From Trichosphaerium sp. ATCC 40318 (lineage: Eukaryota; Protista; Tubulinea): 64,000 nt of DNA. Positions 1 through 14,057 of the stretch are shown piece after piece. Numbering within the stretch: the first letter of the stretch is position 1; the number at the start of each line of letters is the position of its first letter. The stretch spans positions 1 to 64,000 of the forward strand of contig JALMLS010000186.1 in the NCBI GenBank assembly GCA_038496445.1, read 5' to 3'. Under the pieces are notes generated by a model. That model saw only the letters and a list, made by a program, of their open reading frames with translations, had not been told where the DNA came from and did not search any database. A program made the position numbers and the translations under genes.

Positions 1-1106
1 ATAATCAAAAAAGACAACACAAAGCGTATAACTATAGCAACTGACTCGTACTACACTACACCAATCATTTCTAAGCTTTTAGATGATGACAGATTTAAGT
101 TTGTTGGCTTGATGAGTTCCAAAAAAGCACCAAATATGATAAACCATTTGCGACAAGTAAGTAACCATTTGGCGAAATTCCTTAAGCTTGTTAGATGCTT
201 CCCAACAACGGTGTGGGAGCCCATTGTTGGGTTTATGATGCTGACACTATAAACAATGGTTCTGTTGTTTGTGCTGGTATGTTCAAAGACATAAAAGCAC
301 ATGTTGCGTACATATCAAACATTGGCAATCCAACTGTTTTTGTATCAAGCAAAAAACCAACCAAATCAGATAAAAAAGCTGTAAACAAGCCAGAACCAGT
401 ACACGCATATTCAGAACTGAAGAACTGCTGTGATATTTTCAACAGATTGTCTGTAATACTTTGTTTTATGCCATTGACTGTTTTTAGTGTGCTTAAGTAC
501 AAACGTATCCATTCCACAAAACACACACGTTGGACCACAGCTTTATTGGCAGCATACTTGTACATAGTTATTGTATGGCTACACTAATGAGTTTAGTGAT
601 TTGTTTCTTGCTTCATCTTTTTGCTGGTATTCAATGCTGAATCCTACTTCAATAAGTTATCCCATGTACATGAACCAAGTTGCAGATCTGTTGTTGAAAC
701 TCACTTCCAAAAGACCTTACACTATACGCCAGCGAAAGCCATCATGCTCACAGTGTAGGTATGCATTTTAAACAACACATAAGCCTATTGTTTTATCTAA
801 TTCTCTTTAAGAGAGTGGCATAAAAAACTATCAATTGATGCACACAAGCAAAGAAAGCCATCAAGGTCATCAAAACGATTAAGATGTACAACCACAACTG
901 TACAAGAACCACCAACCAAGCGACAGTGTGTGAAACATGCTTTATTACACCCTACACACCAGCCAATTAAGATGAAAACCAAATCAAACAAACGAAGTCA
1001 TGAACTTTTGTCGCTTTCACAATCAGATTACCATCAGCATTTACGCCAGCTAAAGTATTCAAATTGTTCTAGAAGAGCTTGCAAAAATAGGAATAGGACA
1101 CTGTAA
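1..1106 (+). CDS. piggyBac-like DDD transposase, 3' part (spliced; 5' end outside window)
   Basis: ITIATDSYYTTPIISKLL...FVGLM resembles piggyBac DNWFTS...VGT. NKPEPVHAYSELKNCCDIFNRL resembles KP..V..YN..KGGVD..D. It is followed by HTRWTTALL. GT-AG intron at 157-194. The 3' end is approximate. Confidence 0.7.
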
Positions 1107-1694
1107 TATTCCTTCTCGTATGTATCTAACAACTGTAGGTTTTGCAGTGGATGCCCTATGTATCGGCAATGGGTTACAATTGATGGAAAAACAAAGCTTG
1201 TTACCATTCCACAGTTTTATTGTACAAAATGCTTTTACAAGTGCCACTAGATTGTATACATTGGTATAGATAATATCCCATACTAAACACTTGTATTTGG
1301 GGCTTCTGTAGTATAGGAGAAGCATTTTGTGTAACTGAGGAAGGCGGGTTACACCTAACTATTTGTTTTAGGTAGAATGCTGTTGTATTTAACTTCTCTA
1401 CTTGTTTTGTGAGCTGTACTGAGGTGTTGTCTAAATGTGTTATGTACTTTCATGGTTTGTATCAACGGTAAAATAGCCTATGTGTGATTTGAGGTAACAT
1501 TTGGCGAGATAACACAGCTTTTTGCTTTTTTTGCAAATGTAAAAAAAGGCTAACATCCATGCGCATTTGGATGCATATTTTTTGCATTTTCAGCACCGCC
1601 AAAAACAGCACGGCAGCACTATAAAAGAACAGCGGAGTTGTTTCCGAACGGTTTTACTTCATTTCAGTGAGCTGGGCTTATTCAGCGCATAGAG
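1..1694 (+). mobile_element. Right part of a piggyBac-like element
   Basis: Transposase, then non-coding sequence that switches abruptly into the middle of a P450 coding region at about 1695. The left end is not visible. Confidence 0.5.
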
Positions 1695-2368
1695 ATATTG
1701 CTGGTATTGAGACCACCTCTGTTAGTATGTTGGCAATTATTTACTTCTTATGCAAGTATCCTGAATATCAAGATGACATATCTTCAGAAGTTGATTCTGT
1801 TCTTTCAAAGGAAAATCCAGGCTACAACGACTTTTTTGATTTACAACATTCGTCTGGATTTGTTTATGAAACAATGCGTTATTTCGGTCCAGTACCATTC
1901 ACTAGAGTGAGTGCTAAAAATTCAGTTGTTCTCAAATCAAAGCATGGAGGTACGAGTACTTGTTATGGTGGTAAATAAACACGTGCTTACAGTTGTGATA
2001 GATTTTGAAATAGAGAAAGGAGGATATATTTTCACAAATTGGCAAGCTGGTGTTTTGATGAATCCGAAGTTCTATAAGGATCCAACGGCTTTTAATCCAT
2101 CTAGATATAGTCAAGGAGGTATGGAATATTGTTTTCAAGGGTTTTCAGGCTTAAGATATCTTTAGAAAAAGTTCCACGTGTTGCTTTTGGTGGAGGTGCC
2201 AGAATTTGCCTTGGTTATAATTTAGCTGATATTGAAATGATCGTATTCACTTCTCTATTGTGCCATAATTTCAAGGTATCCTTTTCGTCTGAAGCACCTA
2301 AGCAAGAACCCAATGGATTACGGAGAGTTCCAGATTTCACAATAGTACTTGAAACCAGAAAACAATAA
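1695..2368 (+). pseudogene. Cytochrome P450, C-terminal half (truncated or interrupted)
   Basis: I-helix AGIETT, ExxR (ETMR), FNPSRY and heme motif FGGGARICLG lie over three exons. No N-terminal half is present upstream in the window. Confidence 0.85.
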
Positions 2369-2652
2369 GAATTAGGAATAAAATTGTAAGAGGCACACCT
2401 CAATCTTAAGATGAAGTTGCCAAAGCGCTTTCTGGTGCTCATATGATTAATCTTACCTATACTTCAGTTACAGATGAAGGTATACCTATAACGTGGCTAA
2501 GTAAGGTTGATACAGTAAAACAGAGCTCAATTGAACGCTATCAAAACAAGTTTGGACTGCAGCATAATTCCAGTAACTTTTTTCAAAACTACATGGCTTA
2601 GCACTTAACTACTTGAAAAGCAAGTTGTTCAAAACGAACGTGTTTATTGAGG

Positions 2653-3135
2653 TTAACATTGAATACTTCTACCAACTTTTAGTTTGAATACTGGGGTATC
2701 AAAAGCCAATACATCAAAAGAAAATAAACTACATCCTAGTCCAGATACACAGCAAGAGTTTTGCATAATGATTCGATCAATCTTCTTTTCTCCAGCATCC
2801 TTAAGAAAACGAACATTTGCTCTCACTTTGTATGTAGTATCAGGATGAGATTGGACCTTATAGATAAGCTCTGTATCGAAGGTGCACGCATTGCTAGTAT
2901 GGTCACCTATTGTGATGTTTCCAAGGCGCCATGAAGTTTGCTTGTCAACTACCTTGTCAGGTTTTACTTCTACAATACCACCTTCACAGTTGAACTGCTT
3001 AGAGTAGATTTGAGTGTCATCTAATAATTCGAGAACAGCAAGTCCTTCTGGCACTTCATTGTTGAGTAAAAACTCTATGGAAAGTGCACTGGTACATACG
3101 AATACAGCAAGAAAAGTAGTAATGATGATGTTCAT
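2653..3135 (-). CDS. Small secreted protein of unknown function
   Basis: 160-aa intronless ORF with ATG, a signal-peptide-like N-terminus and several Cys. Confidence 0.7.
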   Translation of the reverse strand: MNIIITTFLAVFVCTSALSIEFLLNNEVPEGLAVLELLDDTQIYSKQFNCEGGIVEVKPDKVVDKQTSWRLGNITIGDHTSNACTFDTELIYKVQSHPDTTYKVRANVRFLKDAGEKKIDRIIMQNSCCVSGLGCSLFSFDVLAFDTPVFKLKVGRSIQC

Positions 3136-3408
3136 CCTTAAATTTTGTCATGTGACACAGAAAACTTGTTGTTTTTCAGAATTGTTTAACACAGTTTTGG
3201 CCTGTTTGAAGTGTCAACATAATATCACTGGTTACTGCACATAGCCTAAAAATACGTCCTAGAAAAATGAGAAAAACATGTTAGGTCTTGAATATTTAGG
3301 ACACAAACGTTTACAAAAAAGGAAGCATAGTCAGAACGTGGTCAACACATTTTTAGCTAAAAATGTCTAATCTATCAGTTTTTATCTTTGTTGACAACAC
3401 GTGCATGA

Positions 3409-4052
3409 ATGGCAAACAATAAATCAGTCTCAAATAACGACACAACCCTATTATTACCTGTAGAGCTTACCTACCATATTGTAGATCAAATAAGGTCAAA
3501 AAAACAGTTTAACGTTTTTAAATCATTAAACACAATGTACCATGATATAGTCACCAAGAACTTACTCTACAGGGTAACCTTGAAGATAGAATGACTTATT
3601 TTAACACTTATTAGCGTTTTTGTGTTGAAAAGAAAGGTTTTTTTGTATACAGAAGGATGAAGAGATATGCAATACTGGACATTAATGGATTACTAATTTA
3701 CAGAGTACGATGAAGTTCTATTGTTGAACTTACTGAATTAAATGCCAGTCTGCACTTGGTATTAAAAAGCTGGAGCACATCAAGTTTTCTGATATGATAC
3801 ATGTGCAAAATGAACCTCTAGTATACTCAGTTTGGTCACACTCTTGGTCCGTTAAGTTTCTACAAGAGACAACTCGAAAAGAGACTATAAGATTTTATAG
3901 CATTAAAACTGAAGAACAAGCACGTGATTTTTATCTAGATTTTATAGTGTTGCCTTTTTAATGTTCTTTAACTCTTTGAATAGAAACAAGATTGGTTGTA
4001 TCATATACAACTAGGATGGGACTTGTCAATTGAACACAATAAATCTCAATAA
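3409..4052 (+). CDS. F-box-like + PH domain protein, copy 1
   Basis: Exons 3409-3573, 3615-3704, 3749-3919 and 3984-4052 join in frame. N-terminal LLPVELTYHI. PH pattern EKKG..KR..IL...LLIY...IKF...TEEQKQDWL. The last intron is GC-AG. Confidence 0.8.
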
Positions 4053-4476
4053 TTATTGAGTTGATCAACTAATTAGTGTTTTATCTTGCCTGTATTTGCG
4101 TTGGTATTGCTGTCACGTTGAAAGTGCTGTAGTAATTTTGTTGCTCAATGCCACTTAAGATAAATAACATCTCTTAAACCAAGGCGTAAGTAATACAGAA
4201 CCAAATAAAGTCACTCCAAGGTTGTTGTCTATCACACATTAATTGGCATCATATCAAGTTTTGTTACATGTGCTATCACTGTAAGCTACGGTAGCTTAGA
4301 TGTTCTAACAGGTAGCGTTTTAGAGAAGTTTTACGTTAGACATCAGCTGGATGGGTTATTTGGTGAGTTGTTTTATTGCACAGCGATCATGAAGAGTACA
4401 AAGGAAGGTTTGATGTGTTTAAACTGAAATACATCGTGATTGTTGTTAACAACTGAGAAGGTCATTGACCACAAAC

Positions 4477-7117
4477 CTAACACCAAGGCGCCCATATTTT
4501 TCCGGCTACTGGATCACTTGGGTGTACAATAGGTCCACACTCAGGATCTAGAGGAGAAAACATCAGCTAAAATTGCGTACAGGCTTTTAGAATAAAAGGT
4601 CACTTACCTGGATGTCCTGTTGGAACGCCAGATTCATCTATTTCTTTTAATCTAGCAAGCAATGTCTTAACAACATCAGGATTTTCAGCAGCAACATCAT
4701 GATGCTCTGTAGGATCAGTGGACAAGTCGTATAACTCAACATTTAATTGCGGAAGACTATCATGCCCAGATCCAGAAGTACAGTACCTAATTCAAAGAAA
4801 ATAAGTTAAATCACGTGCCCCAAAAAAGGAGAAAAAAACACGAAAGGAAGAAAGTTCAGATTACCCGTAGAGCCTCTTTGTATTTGAAACGCTTTTGAAT
4901 AAGTTGCATTGTGATGTTTCTAGATTTAGTGTCCATGCATTACATGAAGTGTTCTTCATACATGAATCGCAACAAAGAGTTTCAGTGCTTGAAGCAACTT
5001 TTTGGAAAGGTGTTTCTGTGAAACAAACACCAGCAACTGTCTGACATTGAAGAAGAGGATTTAAAGCGTATAAAGGAGCTGTTAGATTAACAGGAGCATA
5101 CCATCCATCAGGTGTTCCTATGGTTTGCAGTTACATATAATGAAGGAAAAGTGGATTTAGATTTACCTCCAGATTGTTGTAGAAGTTTCCATTTTCCTAC
5201 ACGAATGCCTCTGTTCATACTTGGCTTATCATCAACGCCGTAAAGTACTTCATTACGAACTGCTTTTCCAGAATTTGAAATAGAATCCCATTGATCGACA
5301 CCTAGAGAAGCACAAGGTTAAGTAAAGCAAGTAACAAAAAACAAAATAAAAACGCTTTCATTTGATTTGTGGTCGCTAATGCGTACCATCTAGATCTGAA
5401 GGTGCCTTAGCACCTGCTATACTTGATAGCGTTGGCAGCCAATCAGCAGAATGCATCATGTTATTGTTCGTGTAGGCTGTTTTCGCCAACATTGTACCAT
5501 GAACTAAAGCTGTTCCTCTTGTACCACCTTGTGTTGTTAGCGCTTTTAAGTGCTATATTACTGATAACTACTACCTTCCCAAACACTGTGCTTTCCACCG
5601 CGAAGAGGCCAGTTCCTTGAACCTACCGCATCATTTGTAGTAGTAGGTCCTAAACACAACGACCATCAGTACAATAACTCGAGTCATTAGACAAAATAAG
5701 GAATCTCACCGCCATTATCAGTTGTGAATACAGTAAATGTGTTTTCCCACATTCCTTTCTTCTTTAGCGCAGCTGTTACATTTCCCAATCCTGTAAAAAA
5801 TAACTTGTTAAGCCAATTCCTGTGTTTCAAAAAAAAAGTAACAAAACCAATGAAACCAAAGACAAATATTTTAATTCCTTTCACTTAGTTATAGTTGAAA
5901 AAGTATTTCAATAGAACACAGACTCAATAGACTGGCAATACGCATAAAAAACATATTTTTGATTACGTTAACACGAGAAAATAATGAGAAAACAAAAGAG
6001 ATAAAAGTACCTTCGTCCATACAGCTAAGCATCCCAGCAAAAGTCCTGCGTTTCTTATTCTCTATAGTATGTATATACGGATCAACGTAAGACTTAGGAA
6101 CTTGGGCAGGGGAATGTACAGCTTGATAAGCAAGATACATGAACAAAGGCTTTTCAGCATCATGCTTCTCAATCACCTATTTGCCTAGGCTTAGCGAGTA
6201 AAGAAAAATTACAATACTCACTTCTATTGCTCGTTCAGAAAACAGTGTTGTCGAGTACTTCCCAATAGCTTCTGAAGCTACTCTAGAACATCCTTCACCA
6301 CACCTTTGGAGCAAAGTCAGAAAGTGTTACATACTTTGAACGACAGAGAAAACGTACTGAGAAGAAGTGTCATCTCTGAAGTCATAGAACCCACCTTCTT
6401 TGTGTTCGAAGTAACTCTCGCCTCCTGATTTCCCAGTTAAACACAAGCACAATTATATGGCCTAATTTTCTTACCTCCATAGTAACCGTAAAAGCTATTG
6501 AAACCTCTGAAAGTTGGTGTGTAATCCCATTTGTGAAATCCGAGATGCCATTTTCCAACTTAAAAAAAAACTAGTTAAGCCAACATTCTGTCAACACTTC
6601 AAAATCTTTTTGAACAAAAAAAAGCGTACTGGCGTGTGTTTCGTAGCCAGCTTCCTTTAATACATCAGCTGTGGTGTTTATATTCAAGGGTAATCCAAAA
6701 GCGCTTGTTGGAGGTATAACGTCATTAATGCCAGTGTGTAGAGGGTATCTAACACAAAAATAATTTATGAGAAAACTGCTGAAGAAAAAAAGACCGGTTT
6801 TCGCTTCTACGTACCTTCCACTCAAAAAAGTCGACCTTGTTGGAGAGCAAACGTCTTGTACGTAGTACTGGTTGAGTATAACTCCTATTGGAGGTGGTTA
6901 AAACAGTCATTGTATAGCGCGAGAAATTATAAAAAAAACACGTGCCTTCGGCAGCTAAAGCATCAACATTAGGCGTATTTATTTGATGGGAGCGAAACCC
7001 CACATCGTCGAATCCAAGGTCATCCACTATAACGAAAAGTATGTGCGGTTGTTTAGCACTATAAGATAAAGCGCAAAACGCAAGAATGATTGATAGGAAA
7101 AGCGCACTAGGTGGCAT
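4477..7117 (-). CDS. Arylsulfatase B/I/J-like S1 sulfatase with PAN/apple insert
   Basis: Signal peptide, [17 protein letters not shown] (CxPxR), [26 protein letters not shown] and terminal WAPWC. Multi-exon. Confidence 0.93.
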
Positions 7118-7331
7118 AGTCAATCAACTTGTCAATTTACTTTTCCGTTGACTTTTTTTCACAACTCACAACCTCCCTTAACACCTTCGCGTCCAGTAAC
7201 ACTCAAAGTAGTCCAATTATTACGTATTTACTACTGTGGCAATACTGTTGACGTTTTGACGTCAACATAGATCGTTTATTTGAATCTAAAAGTACATTGA
7301 TTCTGTTTTGTTCTTTTTTTTTTTTGTTAGT

Positions 7332-9798
7332 TTACAATACCAAGTCATCTCCAAGAATATACTCAGAGGGTGTTGGTAAGTCTAGAAAATCATCAATATC
7401 TGCACTTAAAAAAGGTTCCGAGATGCTATCTGGGCTGAAAGTAGGCAGTAAGTCAAGCATAGGGTTCTGTTCAACTGCGACTTGACCAGGAAGAGGAAGA
7501 AGAGGAGCGGCGGTAGTTTTTCTTGTTGTCAGCCCGAATAATGCATCAACAATCAAGCTCTTATCGTAGTCCAAACCGGTATCTGCTGCAAGTTGTACAA
7601 GCGACCTATAGGAAAAATTAACCTGAGGTGGATACAATAAAACCAGAATTGCGCTAGCCTACGTGTAGGCAAAATGTCAAACAAATTTTTGGTTTTCAGG
7701 CACAACAATCAACACGTGATGACTTGAAGTTAATGCAATGTGTCAATTTTATGTTATAGTATAACGTACGGTAATAAATGAGAAGCTTGAATTGAAAAGT
7801 TGGTGTGTAAATACGTGAATATCTAATAGTTTGTTAATATTAAGCTGTTCTTAAAATATTCTTACCTCTAAAAAGAAAGGAGCATCTCCTGAACGTATAG
7901 CTATTGCAGTTAAATCGTATAACATACAAGTAGTAGCTGGACATCTATCTTTGCAAGTTGGCGGTCGAATTAATTGAGAATAGGCATCTTTCGCCAACTA
8001 CAACAAAAAATAGAGTTAAGTGACGTAATACAATACTTGGCTTAGTCTGCCAAAAATATCTTGTACCTTCAATGCATACGTTGTATATCCGCCTGAAAAA
8101 TAAAGAATAGCTGTTATAAAATCAACTATAAAAGTCCATGATACTACAAGGCCATTTTTAACATCTTTACTAGTTATTGCTTTAAAAAAAGTTTTTACTC
8201 TCGTTAGATCATTCAAGTAAACAGCAAATTGATGCTCTGGCTAAACAAAGATGATCAGCGTCTTATACATGAATTAATAAGTTACACTTACTATAGTTAA
8301 TATCTGGAAGCCTCTAGGCCTACGAGCATCACTTGGACCTCGAGGTAGCTCCTGAGAAACAGAGAGCCAAATCTTTAAATTGTTAATTTGTTATTGGGTT
8401 GCTACCGATGTTGAACTCTTACTTTACCAGCAATACTCCATATTACTTGAACGCCAAGTGGAAGAGATATGTTATCAGGATCATCAATGAGGTGTGATAT
8501 TGATTTATTAATTTTAATTATCTCTGCTAGGGCTTTAGGTCTAAAAAGAAAGTTTTTAGGAAAAAAAAAACTAAAAAAGATGAAAGTAGTTTTACTTTGC
8601 CCTCAGTTCAGGTAGAGTAAAGCATAGCTAAACTACCACAAAATTGCGGGTAACTATTCACTGTGGTTAATTAATTCGCACGTGCCTGTTTGTTAACATT
8701 TGCGGTGAAAACAGATTACACCTTCTTGCTATTGTTTTTAATCTATACAACTCTGTACTATGAAGTGATTTCGGATCATCACATAGAGCCTCTATCATAT
8801 CCCTTCCTTTCTCTTTATATTCTGTAGCAGCTTCAATCTGTCCAGCATAAAAAGAGTACTCTCCAACTAAAACCAATCCGCCTTTTTGAAAAAAAAAGTC
8901 AAACAAACTTTCTTTTGGTGCAAAGAATATACCCGCAATACTATGGGTATTCGTATGTGCTAAGTTTAACGACACTTGTTTCGCTAAATTAATGAGGTGC
9001 TCTCCATGCGAATAGTTATCAGTTATCCTCGCTCCCAACGCTAGCATCGCTAATAGTTCAACCATATCTGGATCTATTGACCAACCTATTCGCATGTGGT
9101 TAAAAAAAAATTAAACTCTCCTTGCTTCTCGTTTACATACTTGTACTGGTTTGAAAGGTATTTATTATATTCTCTATTGGCCACTGACGCGTACCTGCGC
9201 CCTGTAGACAATATTGTAAGGATGGCTTATGACGTGGACGCTTTCCGTGAAACGCAACAGAAAATAACAAAAAATCGTTTACACGTACAAAAGTCGGTTT
9301 AAATCGGTGTTGATACGCTGCAAGCCATCGAGAAAGATTAGCAGATACGTTTAGATTACATGAAAGCCTCCACAGAGTCTGTTGTTATTTATTGAGTTTA
9401 CAAAATAAATACAACGCCGTAAAAACCTCCAACGTACTGTATGGTCGCGTTTGCTTGCCAATTGCTGGTATTTTGTCCGCCAATTATCCGTTTCTTTTTT
9501 TTGAAGCGCTAGCTGGTTTTCTAGGTCAAGCAAATGCTTTGTTCGTCGTTGTCGAAGTCCTAATGTAATTACAATTTTGTACGACTTTTTAACGATTTGT
9601 TTAACGCTTATTCAGCGTACCTGTTGTTGGTCCTCTTTTCTTGGGCGTTTTGTAAACACATTCTAAGTTTCTGTCTTTACAACGCTTACATGGTTGTTCT
9701 CCATCACATTTAGCATGTTTTGACCTACAATTTGTACACGCCCGTCTGTTAGCGTTCAAACGACGCTTTTTTTTAGGTGGTTCGCTTTCGCTTGCCAT
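7332..9798 (-). CDS. Zn(II)2Cys6 binuclear-cluster transcription factor
   Basis: NLS PKKKRR, then ACTNCRSKHAKCDGEQPCKRCKDRNLEC and a coiled coil. The downstream exons are approximate. Confidence 0.85.
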
Positions 9799-10607
9799 AA
9801 TATTGATGGTAATACTAAAAAGGCAAGCAAAGCACGCGATACATAAACTGAACGAGTTGTTGAGTACTCAGTTTTTGGATGGCAAAATTAACAACATGTG
9901 CGACCAAATGCGACAACATTTACTTGACAGGTAGGTGCTACTATGATCTCAAAGACTTTTGTCCAAAGCTGTCCTTCACAGCAAGTATGTTTCTCGAAAC
10001 TGCGTCGTAATCCTTGCCTATCAAGAGTTTTTAAGTGAGTAAAATTGTAGAGTTGCAAAATGTACCTTCAAATAAATCTACAGTGACGAATTTATACTCT
10101 TCACGCATTCCAGGAAGGGATGCTGCAGCGTTGAGGTAGTTTCCAATGTTTTCCATCTCAAAAATGTCAGTTTCGCTTGTAAAGCGACGAAAGTACCTGC
10201 AAGAACGGCATTTTGGACTTGTTTACTTTTCTAACGGCTCCTGGCTTCAATTTGTTGATAAACCTTTAATAAATGTTAGTGCTAACCCAAATCATGCACG
10301 TCGTACTTGCATAGTGCAACGCCATCTTTTAGACCCTCCCATCCTAAAATGTCGTAAGAAGTTGCTAAAAAGTAAGTCTTACCGTTTGAAGGCATTTCGG
10401 CGCCAATCACGCTCTCTACGAATGCCAAAGCTGAAGTACGTTAGGAGATTTAAAAAAAAGTTTTCGAAATACCCTCTGGCTTCCTATCGATACCGGCTTC
10501 TCTTGAAGTTGACGCGCGAGACATGCTTGATAGCGTCAGAAAGCGTTAGAAATTACTTGTGGGTGCAGTTAAGGCTTTTACACCTGAACACATTGGGATA
10601 ATTTTGG

Positions 10608-13058
10608 ATGGAACCAAAACACCTCCTATTGGTAGCTTTGTTCTGTTTCGTAGGCTACCATGTCTCTGCAGCATCCACAATCGCTTCAAGTGACTCACCT
10701 TGGCCAAAAGGCCTAATTGCATTTACGGATGATGGCACGTACACCCAGGAGCAGTGGAAAGAGCATTTTCGTAGCCCAGAAGCTTTGGCCGGCAAACGTA
10801 ACACGGAGCAATGTATCAAACCTGACAGTATAACACACACTGCTTTTGATATCTCCTGGACGATTTCTTTCGTCGATAGGATAGAATGTAATGGCAAAGG
10901 CTTTGCGCTTGAAGAAATTAGTACTCTGGTACGGAGTATAATTCTGTAGTGTCATTAATGGCGTCTTAGGCTATTCCAACAATCCTAGACGTTTTGGACT
11001 ACATGGCATCACACTTTGATTTCGCAGGCTCCATTACACTTGAAATATCAGTACGATACTTTCAAATATCACACCCGCAGTTCACGGGCAAAAAAAGTGA
11101 AAATAGAATTTAATCTTTTGTCGCTTAGGAATCTGATACGACGGCTCAGGCGCTTGCTCAAGGAGGATCATTTTATTACGCAGCAAGCGGTACGTGAACA
11201 ATCATGTTCACATGGTGAACATAACCTTTTCGCTGGAAAACTATATTATTGTCTTTATACATCGTTATTAGTGTCTTATATGCTATTTGTAGGATGGTTG
11301 AGATCTAAGTTTCATACTAAACTAGCTACTGGCAGATCGAGACAAGAACAACCTGATGCTTTCATGCAATATCAATTTCAGAGTACGTGGTATTTGTTCC
11401 TATTTTGATTTGTAAACTAGCGCCAGTCGCTAGCAAAAACAAAAAAAAAACCAGCCCTCAACAACAAGGCCAATACTGTTCTATTCGTTCAAATACTTGG
11501 ATTTTGTTTCTGTTCTCTCAGAAACACGTGTTATATTTACCCATTTCAAATTTATTTTTACTTTTTTTCTATCCACATAAAAATGCCTTGCGTTTTATTT
11601 CGCTTATAAAAACAATGTTTTCAAGCTCGGGTAAAAAAAGTAGAGAAGCGAAATTTTCAAAAGGGGAAAAAAAGAAAGTTTTGCCTGAAGTTGACTTTTT
11701 AGTTGTGTTTTTTCTTGCTAATCTGGTTTGGTAGATAATGATTGGATTTACCTTAATGGTACAAAAACGAAGCAAAGACAAGTTGATTTTTGGCTCACTA
11801 CACTACACGAGTTAACTCATGCATTGGGTTTTGTTAGTAGCGTAGGCACGTGGTTTTTTTTGGCGTCTTGTCGTTTTTAAGTATCTCCCTTTTGACTCTG
11901 CTTATTGATTTGATCTGACAAATCATTGTAGGTGATATTACTGGCACAAGTCAGTTCTCTTCTTCTGTCGGTAAGTTGTTTTTTTGCTCATTTGATGATT
12001 CTTTTTTTTTTCTTATTATTTTTTAAAGACCTTCGTACTCGATTTGATGAGCATTTGTTCTCCCTCAGTGAACAACAATTTTTGTTTGATAGAACCACTA
12101 AAGCACTTATTGTTCCGAGTGCAGTTTTAGATGGTAAATCGGTATGTAAAAAATAGACCAATAGCTATGAAATCTTCCTTCCTCCATTTTCTTTGCTCTT
12201 GTGACTTGCCTATTAACTTATGTCGATCTTTGTAAATAGGGAGAAATAGTAACTAGAGGAGATAATGTAGTAGATTTATTGACGATCACTGCATTACCTG
12301 TAGTTCATGCACCAAGCCCTTACGTGTACGATAACCATTCTACCCCGTTTGTTGAAAATTACTTGATCTTATGGAACTGTATAGAAAAGGAAGTAGCTTG
12401 TCTCATATAGATAAACGCCAAGGGTATACAACTTCTATGGAAGCTACTAGTTCTCTAGAATGTGGAAGACACCGTGGATGGTCAGCACTTGACCTCGCAA
12501 TGCTAAAAGGTAAAGCAATACAATTTCTCATATCAGATTGCTAACAGTTTTCCTTTTAGATATGGGCATCAATGTTATAGGAGAACCTCTTGTTGAAGAG
12601 CCTGCACCAGAATGCACTGATGCAAATGATGATTCGGTGGATACAGGTGGGGTTTTTTCACCTGGTTCGTCAACTGCAAGTATGTGATTGTTTTTTTCCC
12701 ACTGCAACAGCTGTCTTTTTTTGCTTTTCCATTTTATTCCTTTTCTTCATTTTGCTCTGATATGTTAAACATCAAACTATCAGTACTCAACAACATTATT
12801 TACATATTTAAGTTCTATTGGTTTATTTTTGTTTAATACTTGTGGTTGTGTCATCAACCGCTTGAATTGTTGAGGGATTTTTTTAGACGCTTTTTTTTTA
12901 CATTTTCATTTTCTTTGCTATTTTCTTTGCATGTGTTGCATTGTTTATTTAATTGTTGCTTCTTAGTCGCCATTTATGTTGCTATTGGACTTGTATTTCT
13001 TATTATTGTCGTTATAATCATTCTTGTTATTGTGTACTTTACAATGAAAAAAACTTAA
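10608..13058 (+). CDS. Membrane-anchored zincin (HExxH) metalloprotease-like protein
   Basis: Signal peptide, LHELTHALGF near 11805, WSALDLAMLKDMG, and a C-terminal TM helix followed by KKT-stop. Confidence 0.75.
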
Positions 13059-13393
13059 AAAATAAAAGTGCCTGCTATTATTATTACAACAAAATACATC
13101 CTGGTAAAAACCTTCTTCCAACATATAGTGGTCAATAGTATAACACGTGTAACAAACTTGAATTATCATATGGATTGAGTAGCTAGTACGGAGGTAAGTG
13201 GCCAATGAGTTAACTTTAAAGTTGTAACTCACTGGACAACTTATTTCAATTTTTTCAAATCATGGGAAACATAAGATCTGGCAGTCCTTTTTAGAACTAC
13301 TCACTTTTACTTAACTAAATCATTTACTGTGAAGGAACTACAGAAGTGGATGTGTTGTATTTTGGAGAATCAATAAGGGGCGAGAACTTAATT

Positions 13394-14057
13394 CTATGTA
13401 GATTTATTGTGTTCAATTGACAAGTCCCATCCTAGTTGTATACGATACAACCAATCTTGTTTCTATTCAAAGAGTTAAAAAACATTAAAAAAGGCAATAC
13501 TATAAAATCTATAAAAGGTCACGTGCTTGTTCTTCAGTTTTAACATAATAAAATCTTGTAATCTCTTTTCGAGTTCTCTCTTGTAGAAACTTAATGGACC
13601 AAGAGAATGGATAAACTGATGACATATCAGGTTCGCTTTGCACGTGTATCATATCAGAAAACTTGATGAACCTCATCATTCTCTGGCCATGCGTAGACTA
13701 TCATTAATTAATTCAGTAAGTTCAAATTACAACTTGTTCGTACGCGGTAAACTACCAATCCATTAATTTCCAGTATTGCAACTCTGTGCTTCCCAAACGT
13801 CTTAATAGGCCCACCAGACACAAAATAGCCTTTCTTTTCAACACAGAAACGCTAGCAAGTGTTAAAATAAGTTATTATATCTTCAAGTTTACCCTGTAGA
13901 GTAAGTTCTTGGTGACTATATCATGGTACATTGTGTTTAATGATTTAAAAACGTTAAACTGCTTTTTTGACCTTATTTGATCTACAATATGGTAGGTAAG
14001 CTCTACAGGTAATAATGGGGTTTTGTCGTTATTTGCGACTGATTTATTGTTTGCCAT
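13394..14057 (-). CDS. F-box-like + PH domain protein, copy 2
   Basis: Same four-exon structure as copy 1. GC donor at 13526. Confidence 0.8.

Noticed and set aside
8679-8685. An eighth GC donor, in the Zn2Cys6 gene
   Set aside because: The downstream frame is better satisfied by the adjacent GT donor (CAC|GTGCGA).
10146-10601. 151-aa basic ORF (likewise 41175-41453)
   Set aside because: No motif, paralogue or splice support; probably intergenic.
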